DNA of 64,000 nt, from positions 1-64,000 of IMG/VR virus record IMGVR_UViG_3300033143_001962. One strand, given 5' to 3'. How positions within the stretch are numbered: position 1 is the first letter of the stretch; the number at the start of each line of letters is the position of its first letter. Positions 57,308 to 64,000 of the stretch are shown one piece after another. The notes under the pieces were generated by a model. It saw nothing but the letters and a program-made list of their open reading frames with translations, was not told the origin of the DNA and ran no database searches. Position numbers and translations under genes: made by a program.

Positions 57308-57596
57308 CGAGCCAGTCTATCAAAAAATAGAATTTAGGCTGTACTACGACGACGAAAATAAGCCAACGTTCTACACCATGGAAGAACTTGAAGGCAATTA
57401 CATTAACATAACAGCACTAGAGTTTGCAGAAGGCAGGCAAGATGTAGTTATCAAAGATGGCAAAATTAAACGTGTTAGTGGTATAAGCATAGGTAAATTA
57501 GTACCATCGCAGGATGGATATGGCACACTACGAGACGATGTCAGTATAGTAGGATTAGAAACATTATGGAGTATGAAAACGTATGAGAACGATTAA
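57273..57596 (+). CDS. hypothetical protein
   Basis: FRLYYD motif; in operon. Confidence 0.5.
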   Translation: MTNFFKALSQVNEPVYQKIEFRLYYDDENKPTFYTMEELEGNYINITALEFAEGRQDVVIKDGKIKRVSGISIGKLVPSQDGYGTLRDDVSIVGLETLWSMKTYEND

Positions 57597-57834
57597 AATA
57601 AAGAAAGCATTCACTGAAGACTTAGTGCCAGTGGTAAAAATAATATTCGATGATCAAGAAGCATCAGCGACATGGAAGCCACACATTGTTGAAGATATGG
57701 AAAAGTATCACCCTGGGATTGATGTCACGGACGAAATTGTAAAGGCTCTAGTTGGAGAGTTAGATTTTGAATTTACATTAACTGAAGATGAAAAGGTTAT
57801 GTGTTTGGAAAAATTATCAGAAACCTTTAAATGA
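57583..57834 (+). CDS. mini-protein with major-capsid fragment
   Basis: SATWKPHIVEDMEKYHPGIDVTDEIVKALVGEL vs MCP QARWTFEAAQDAQSMH-GIDVEAEIMAALAQEI. Confidence 0.65.
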   Translation: MRTIKIKKAFTEDLVPVVKIIFDDQEASATWKPHIVEDMEKYHPGIDVTDEIVKALVGELDFEFTLTEDEKVMCLEKLSETFK

Positions 57835-58769
57835 GTGAATACAGCATGGACATAGCTGATATGGACGTTGTTTATCTTAGTTACGACGAGCCGCAGAAAG
57901 AAGAGTTCTGGGTTAAGATTAAAAACATGGTGCCATGGGCAGTACGTGTAGACGGAGTTAAAGGCAGCGACGCAGCACATAAAGCCGCAGCTGATGCAAG
58001 TCAAACAGATCGCTTCGTTCTAATAGATGGCGACAACATGCCAGACTTAGACTTCTTTAATCAGTCTATAAATTTTGTAGACGCTGATTACGAAAAAGCA
58101 GTATTCCGTTGGAGAGCACGTAACGAAATAAATGGCTTAATGTACGGCAACGGTGGACTTAGTTGTTGGACTAAAGAGTTTATATACAACATGAAAACAC
58201 ACGAGGCGAGTGAAGGCGATGATGAAACCGATGTCGAATTTTGTTTCGATCCTAATTACTGGGCTATGCATGATTGTTTCAGTACTACTTTTCCTAATGG
58301 CAGTCAGTACCAAGCATGGCGTGCCGGTTTCAGAGAAGGCGTTAAAATGTGTCTTATTAAGGGCACTAAGCCGAGCATTATAGAATTTAAAGATCAAGTA
58401 CATAAGCGTAACATGGATAACCTAAGCATTTGGCATAATATAGGGCTAGACGTAAAGAACGGCGAATGGGCCATAGCAGGAGCAAGACAAGGTACGTACA
58501 TGACTATGCTAGACGACACGTGGGATTATAAAGACGTACAAGACTTCGATAAAGTAGAAGAAATTTACAATACAAGTGTACGTGGATTTAATGCTGAAGG
58601 CTTAATGGATGATATAGGTGACGAGCTTGAAGCACAATTAGACATGACTATATTGCTACCAGACACCGCTAACAGTAGATTCTTTAAGCATCATTACAAA
58701 GCTAACTTTCATAATAAAGGTATCGGCGTTAAAGAAATTGATGTCATACGGGAGCAAGAAGGATGGTAA
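57831..58769 (+). CDS. glycosyltransferase-like protein
   Basis: LSYDEP, RVDGVKGSDAAHK, LIDGDN (DxD), YGNGG, AWRAGFREGVK. Confidence 0.6.
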   Translation: MSEYSMDIADMDVVYLSYDEPQKEEFWVKIKNMVPWAVRVDGVKGSDAAHKAAADASQTDRFVLIDGDNMPDLDFFNQSINFVDADYEKAVFRWRARNEINGLMYGNGGLSCWTKEFIYNMKTHEASEGDDETDVEFCFDPNYWAMHDCFSTTFPNGSQYQAWRAGFREGVKMCLIKGTKPSIIEFKDQVHKRNMDNLSIWHNIGLDVKNGEWAIAGARQGTYMTMLDDTWDYKDVQDFDKVEEIYNTSVRGFNAEGLMDDIGDELEAQLDMTILLPDTANSRFFKHHYKANFHNKGIGVKEIDVIREQEGW

Positions 58770-59323
58770 GTTGGCTAGACACAAACATATCTTTTAATAA
58801 TGCATTGTCAGATAACGGCCACAAATTAATCAATAAATTAATGATACAGTCACTTAGTGAGTCAGAAGGGAAGATGGACAAGTATTATTTTGACGATGTT
58901 GATTTTGTCAATGAAGCATGGCTTAACTCTCTTAAAGATGCAGGATTGTATCCGTATGTTGCTCTAGCAGTATATCGACGCGAAGGTGCACACGGTTTAG
59001 AATTTGCACATACTGATTCACTTACTACGTATGCGGCCTTAAATTGGGTAGAGTGTACAGGACTAAGTGAAATGGTATGGTACACCCCAACAAAAGACCC
59101 GACAATGATTGAAGCAATAGATACATTAGTATACGAACACGATGACCTAATAGAGATAGATAGTAAGGACATTCATGGTGATAATATGACACTAGTTCAA
59201 ACGAATATACCTCACGACGTCCGCCGTGACGGTGCAGCTCGTCTGACAATTAGTGTACGTTTCCGCAACGGATGGCAATCTTGGGAAGAAGCAGTAGAAT
59301 TTTTTAAAGGTAATAACTTATGA
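58763..59323 (+). CDS. HxD..H cupin / 2OG-Fe(II) oxygenase-like protein (paralogue 1)
   Basis: AHTD, ALNW, MVWY, TNIPHDV, RLTISVRF. Confidence 0.6.
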   Translation: MVSWLDTNISFNNALSDNGHKLINKLMIQSLSESEGKMDKYYFDDVDFVNEAWLNSLKDAGLYPYVALAVYRREGAHGLEFAHTDSLTTYAALNWVECTGLSEMVWYTPTKDPTMIEAIDTLVYEHDDLIEIDSKDIHGDNMTLVQTNIPHDVRRDGAARLTISVRFRNGWQSWEEAVEFFKGNNL

Positions 59324-59934
59324 ACCCGTATTACGCAACAACAAATATAGATTTTATGAACGGTATCTCAAATTACGGCGCAGAAGAAATTAGACGCTTA
59401 GACGCTGAGAGTATAACTAACCCGGAACAATTCTCAATTGAGAAGTACTTCATTGATTACGATGATAAAGAAAAGAACTTCCTGACACTTGAATGGAAAG
59501 ACAAACTAGTAGCAGCAGGTCTAGAGCCGTATTACGCTTTGGTGTTTGTTAGACAAAACACAGAACACAATAATGCAGACGGCCCGCACGTTGACGCACA
59601 GCCCGACGGTATATTCACAGCATTAAATTATGCGCATTGTTTAGGTGAAGAGAAAATGGTTTGGTACAAGGCGAATGAAACAGTTACAGACCTTAGTAAG
59701 GTGCCAGTACATGATACGCTGCCTTATATACAGTACGAAAAAAGTAAAGTCCGTGAAGTCGCATCAGCACCTACAGCAAGCCGTGGAAGCTTAATGTCGT
59801 TAGTGCGAACAGACATTCCGCATGACATTATTATTAAAGGTAACAGCAGACGCTTGTCAGTTAGCTTGCGCTTTCACAATAAATTTAAAGATTGGGAAGA
59901 AGCAGTAGAATTTTTTAAAGGTATTAAAATATGA
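59320..59934 (+). CDS. HxD..H cupin / 2OG-Fe(II) oxygenase-like protein (paralogue 2)
   Basis: PHVD, ALNY, MVWY, TDIPHDI, RLSVSLRF. Confidence 0.6.
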   Translation: MNPYYATTNIDFMNGISNYGAEEIRRLDAESITNPEQFSIEKYFIDYDDKEKNFLTLEWKDKLVAAGLEPYYALVFVRQNTEHNNADGPHVDAQPDGIFTALNYAHCLGEEKMVWYKANETVTDLSKVPVHDTLPYIQYEKSKVREVASAPTASRGSLMSLVRTDIPHDIIIKGNSRRLSVSLRFHNKFKDWEEAVEFFKGIKI

Positions 59935-60566
59935 TATACAATAACAACGGTAAACACTTAATGATAATTGGCTTCAATGCAAGCACAATTACACAAGAGA
60001 TAACGTACATGTTTGAAGAAGGCATTATGCGTGGTGATGCACCTGGTCTTAATTTTGATGTTATTACACCTGACGAATTCTTTAAGATTGGCCAGAAGGA
60101 AGTATTCCAGTACCTTGTTATGTTTAACAAAGATCAGAAAGTACGTAAAGACGTTATAGATACAATAAACTGCGAAGGTTTAAATTGTGTTAGTGCAGTA
60201 CATCATACAGCCTGGATGCCAGCAAATGCATACATTGGCAAAGGAACAGTTATAGGTCCATTTGCATCATTGTACCAGCATACTAAACTAGGAGACCACG
60301 TTGTCTTAGAAGCATACAGTATGGTAGGACATCACTCAGAGGTTGGAGACAATGTGCATATACGTCCTAATGTAATGATATCTGGCAATGTAACAATAGG
60401 TGATAATTGTATGATCAACTCGCGGAGTACAGTACTTGAAGGTTATAGTATTTGCGACGGAGTAGCATTAGGGGCAATGACTTGTGTGCGTAAGCATATA
60501 ACAGAGTCCGGTATATACTTGGGTACAAGTGCTAAACGTGTTGGTGAATTTGCTGATGCGACTTGA
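59931..60566 (+). CDS. hexapeptide-repeat sugar acetyltransferase (NeuD/PglD-like)
   Basis: AVHHTA, IGKGTVIG, VGHHSEVGDNVHI, IGDNCMI hexapeptide repeats. Confidence 0.85.
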   Translation: MIYNNNGKHLMIIGFNASTITQEITYMFEEGIMRGDAPGLNFDVITPDEFFKIGQKEVFQYLVMFNKDQKVRKDVIDTINCEGLNCVSAVHHTAWMPANAYIGKGTVIGPFASLYQHTKLGDHVVLEAYSMVGHHSEVGDNVHIRPNVMISGNVTIGDNCMINSRSTVLEGYSICDGVALGAMTCVRKHITESGIYLGTSAKRVGEFADAT

Positions 60567-61536
60567 GATACAAAAACATATCGGCAATGACGAGTTAGTT
60601 GATACAACTACATTAATTATTTCAATAATTGACATCATGCACGAGCACGGTGAAATCACAATGGTAACCGATGAGGTATTTTCAGCTGTTAACACTGGCT
60701 TCGTTGATGTACTAGATAAACTAATCCGGCACTATAATTGGGACAGGAAAAAGATTACACTCGAGTATGTTAATAGAAAAGAAATGGAAACTATTACGCA
60801 ATTTAATGCCGTGATGTTCTCGGATTTTAAGTCTGGTACATTAGCCGGTAGTCGCACATTTGATGTTCCTACATCGTTACCGTGGAATAAGGAAATGGAT
60901 TTTGGTATGTTTATTGGTCGGCTTAATTTTACAAGACTGTGCGCATTGGATAGTTACCGGAATTTTAAATATAAAGAATTTGGCATCACGTCGATGAATC
61001 AGGCACCTTACGAGGATTCCGTTAACGATAAGTTTATCTTACAATATTTAAAAGCCACAGATACGAAGTGGGCAGACATAAAGGATCTCCAGCCGTACAG
61101 CGATCTCGGCGAAGTAATAAAGCCACCTATAATTCCACCCGCAAGTTTAATAGGATGGGAGAAGGTATACGAAAAAATAGCAATTGAAATCATATGCGAA
61201 ACTAATGATTCGTACGGTAATATGGCTATTACTGAAAAGTTTCTCAGGTGTTGTTTGTATAAGCGACCATTTTTATTAATAGGCAGCCCGGGTATTCTGC
61301 TTAGTTTAAAAACCGATTACTGGCATACTGATGAGAAACCGAGATTCTTTGAGGATGTAATACCATTGAACTATGATAACTTATACGGCAAGGAACGAGT
61401 GGACGCCGTGTTTGATTTACTTGCTAATTTAATTAGTACAGGTAAAATTAATACAATACTTGAAGATTGCAAAGAAGACATTGAACACAATTTCAAGATA
61501 GTAAGTGAAAACATACAAGGATTATCAAATGCATAG
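60556..61536 (+). CDS. hypothetical protein, possible glycosyltransferase-like
   Basis: IEIICET...ITEKF.R....KRPFLLIG motif; likely start MRLEIQ. Confidence 0.45.
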   Translation: MRLEIQKHIGNDELVDTTTLIISIIDIMHEHGEITMVTDEVFSAVNTGFVDVLDKLIRHYNWDRKKITLEYVNRKEMETITQFNAVMFSDFKSGTLAGSRTFDVPTSLPWNKEMDFGMFIGRLNFTRLCALDSYRNFKYKEFGITSMNQAPYEDSVNDKFILQYLKATDTKWADIKDLQPYSDLGEVIKPPIIPPASLIGWEKVYEKIAIEIICETNDSYGNMAITEKFLRCCLYKRPFLLIGSPGILLSLKTDYWHTDEKPRFFEDVIPLNYDNLYGKERVDAVFDLLANLISTGKINTILEDCKEDIEHNFKIVSENIQGLSNA

Positions 61537-62128
61537 CAACAACTTACCAGACTGGTATAAAACAGAAATAGTATTTAGTGAGCAGTTCTCACTTAGTGAG
61601 TTTGGACACGAAGCAGTAAAAACAATGAAAGAACGTGCAGAAAAAGAATACGTGTGTCACGTAGTATATGAAGAAGACACACGTATCTTTAGTGACAGTT
61701 GGTTGCAGTACCTTGCAGAATTTGGACTACATCCTACAAGTGTGCTAATTATATGTAGGCTATCCCAAGCCCAACACCCACACGCACATTTAGATAAGTC
61801 ACTGGGCATACATGATAGCGGAGCACTTAATTGGGTAGAAGATAATAACGATGACAGCGAAATGATATGGTACGAGATGCCAGCATTAGATGTTGACCGT
61901 TACGACTTTGAAAGCGATCCACGCTATACTAATTTTAGAAGCGAGCAGTTAACAGAACGTTCTCGTGCTACACTTGGCGGTAGCGATAATATGGCATTAG
62001 TCAGAACAGACATTCCGCATAATATTATAATGGGTGACGTGCCTAGGCTGGCTGTTAGTGTACGCTTTAGTGAAGGTGAGTACACATGGGCAGAGTCCGT
62101 AGAAAGAATGAAGGAGTACATAGTATGA
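61529..62128 (+). CDS. HxD..H cupin / 2OG-Fe(II) oxygenase-like protein (paralogue 3)
   Basis: AHLD, ALNW, MIWY, TDIPHNI, RLAVSVRF; likely start MHSNN. Confidence 0.6.
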   Translation: MHSNNLPDWYKTEIVFSEQFSLSEFGHEAVKTMKERAEKEYVCHVVYEEDTRIFSDSWLQYLAEFGLHPTSVLIICRLSQAQHPHAHLDKSLGIHDSGALNWVEDNNDDSEMIWYEMPALDVDRYDFESDPRYTNFRSEQLTERSRATLGGSDNMALVRTDIPHNIIMGDVPRLAVSVRFSEGEYTWAESVERMKEYIV

Positions 62129-62718
62129 GTGAATGTATGCACAGAACAAACATAAGTTTTAAAGGCGCGCTATCCGAGTTAGGTGGAATAGAAATAAATC
62201 GTATCAGGCGACTAGTTGACAAAAAAACATTCCATCATCAAAAGTTTATATTAGATAAAGAAAAGATATTTACAGATGAATGGATGCAGTACGTACATGA
62301 TAAGTTAGGAATGACTCCTACTACTGCAATGGCATTTTGTCGTAACCCGCACGTACAATTAGGCGCAGCACATATAGATGGCGGCCGAGACCGTGAAATA
62401 TTTATGGGTCTGAATTGGGTGCAAGGCGAAGACGATAGTGAAATGATATGGTACGACATGCCCGACGTACTCAACGATATGCTTGAAGATGAATATGTTA
62501 AGTACTGGACGTTCCCAGAAGATGAATACGACTTAAAAGAAATACATAGAGAGTGTGTTGGCAATAGTGATAACTTAGCACTTGTACGCGCAGACATACC
62601 GCATGATGTTATTATGGGAGACAAACAACGTTTCGGGTTTACAATACGTTTCTGGAAAGACTACGAAAGTTGGGATGATGTTGTAGAACAATTTAAGGAC
62701 GTTATAGTTGAAGAGTAA
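62125..62718 (+). CDS. HxD..H cupin / 2OG-Fe(II) oxygenase-like protein (paralogue 4)
   Basis: AHID, GLNW, MIWY, ADIPHDV, RFGFTIRF; likely start MSECM. Confidence 0.6.
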   Translation: MSECMHRTNISFKGALSELGGIEINRIRRLVDKKTFHHQKFILDKEKIFTDEWMQYVHDKLGMTPTTAMAFCRNPHVQLGAAHIDGGRDREIFMGLNWVQGEDDSEMIWYDMPDVLNDMLEDEYVKYWTFPEDEYDLKEIHRECVGNSDNLALVRADIPHDVIMGDKQRFGFTIRFWKDYESWDDVVEQFKDVIVEE

Positions 62719-64000
62719 ATTTTTAACAGATGCAGAAAACATGAAGGAAAAGTTGGATACAGTATCTCCTTCATTTTGTTTAGCAAAGTGGAAGCAAGTA
62801 TCCTTGCACTTAACAAATGGCATGAATAACTCTTGCTACCATCCTCCATTGCATAAAATTAATGTAGACGATATAATAAAAGATCCAAGCGCACTACATA
62901 ATACAGCAGAAAAAGCTATAGCCAGAAAACAAATGGTGAGCGGCGAGCGACCCTCTGAATGTAGCTACTGTTGGGCAATGGAGGATAACGGTGAGTTAAG
63001 TGACAGGCATTACAGAAGTGGAGAACCATGGGCAGCACAGGACTTTGATACAATAGTCGCAAACCCAGAAGCTTCTGTAACGCCATCGTATGTAGAGGTT
63101 AATTTTAACCACTCATGTAACTTAGCTTGCTCTTATTGCAGCCCACAATTTTCGAGTACGTGGGGGGTTGAAGCAAGAAAGTTCGGAGCTTACCCTACTT
63201 CAACTCCACATAACGATCCTGCTTATTTTGCAGGTAATCGTAAACCAATTCCTAATCGCGAATACAATCCATACGTAGAAGCATTTTGGAAATGGTGGCC
63301 CGAGCTTTACAAAGACTTAGTACATTTCCGCATGACAGGCGGCGAACCATTACAAGATAAAAATACTTACAAAGTCTTTGATTATGTTTTGGAAAATCCA
63401 AAACCTGATTTACATTTGAATGTAACTTCAAACCTGTCTGTAGATCAGAAGCTGTGGGACAAATATTTAGGGTACGTTAAGCAATTAACTACTGGCAAGA
63501 TTGAACACTTCATGCAGTACGTATCAGTAGACACATGGGGTGAACAAGCAGAGTACATACGGCACGGGTTAGACTTTGATTTACTTTGGAAACGAGTAGA
63601 CCAGTACTTGACAGAAGTGCCTGAGTACTGTAGTATTACATTTATAATTACTATGAATAACTTGTCGATATACAGTTTGGATAAGTTAATGGAAGGCATC
63701 TTAGAGTTGCGTAAGAAGCACAGTAAAACATATCAGCGTGTATGGTTTGATACTCCAGTCTTGCGTACACCAGAATGGCAGAGCTTACAAATTCTGCCAG
63801 AGTACTATGCAACTAAGTTGATGGATATAAAAGAATTCATGATAGACAACGCGGAGACAGCTGATGAGCTGTATCATGGATTCAAAGATTATGAAATACA
63901 ACGTATGAGCAGAGACATAGCTTGGATGAGACAAGGAACTGATAACGTGGAACAAAAGAAAGCGGACTTTTATCGCTTCTTTAACGAAGCAGACAAACGT
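62708..64000 (+). CDS. radical SAM protein with N-terminal Cys cluster (partial, runs off right edge; not in ORF track)
   Basis: Translated by hand from TTG 62708: FCLAKWKQVSLHL..G...SCYHPP, ECSYCW, NHSCNLACSYCSP (CxxxCxxC), MTGGEPL. Confidence 0.85.
   Translation, partial: MKSKFLTDAENMKEKLDTVSPSFCLAKWKQVSLHLTNGMNNSCYHPPLHKINVDDIIKDPSALHNTAEKAIARKQMVSGERPSECSYCWAMEDNGELSDRHYRSGEPWAAQDFDTIVANPEASVTPSYVEVNFNHSCNLACSYCSPQFSSTWGVEARKFGAYPTSTPHNDPAYFAGNRKPIPNREYNPYVEAFWKWWPELYKDLVHFRMTGGEPLQDKNTYKVFDYVLENPKPDLHLNVTSNLSVDQKLWDKYLGYVKQLTTGKIEHFMQYVSVDTWGEQAEYIRHGLDFDLLWKRVDQYLTEVPEYCSITFIITMNNLSIYSLDKLMEGILELRKKHSKTYQRVWFDTPVLRTPEWQSLQILPEYYATKLMDIKEFMIDNAETADELYHGFKDYEIQRMSRDIAWMRQGTDNVEQKKADFYRFFNEADKR

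Noticed and set aside
962-63699. Many antisense ORFs in the ORF track (e.g. 962..1351+, 18648..19238+, 33961..34422-, 53764..54264-, 63445..63699-)
   Set aside because: They are shadows of well-supported genes on the opposite strand, with Ser/Leu-rich composition and no motifs.

Overview
This 64-kb window is part of a large, AT-rich, distantly T4-related myophage genome in the standard genetic code. The minus-strand left half holds a dense array of about 40 small early genes (2.4-11.6 kb), then the head module (major capsid, scaffold, prohead protease, portal), a probable tape measure, gp46/gp47 nuclease and a gp55-type late sigma factor. The plus-strand right half holds baseplate and tail genes (gp53, gp5, gp25, gp6, a 4342-aa protein, fibres) and a cluster of glycosyltransferase-like, HxD..H cupin, acetyltransferase and radical SAM genes. 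Most striking: many small early proteins share a portable helical tag (hydrophobic-W-x-K/R-L), and many of these carry short recognisable fragments of essential phage proteins. The fragments include four separate segments of the major capsid protein (one is the T4 Gol-peptide region), family B polymerase motif A, a helicase/recombinase Walker A, a compact gp55, and virion repeat domains. A second family of 11 mini-genes shares a FLxLKYGS motif. A separate ~750-nt ORF-free, hairpin-rich region with its own promoters (21.8-22.5 kb) looks like a large structured ncRNA. All assignments come from reading motifs by eye; no database search was run.
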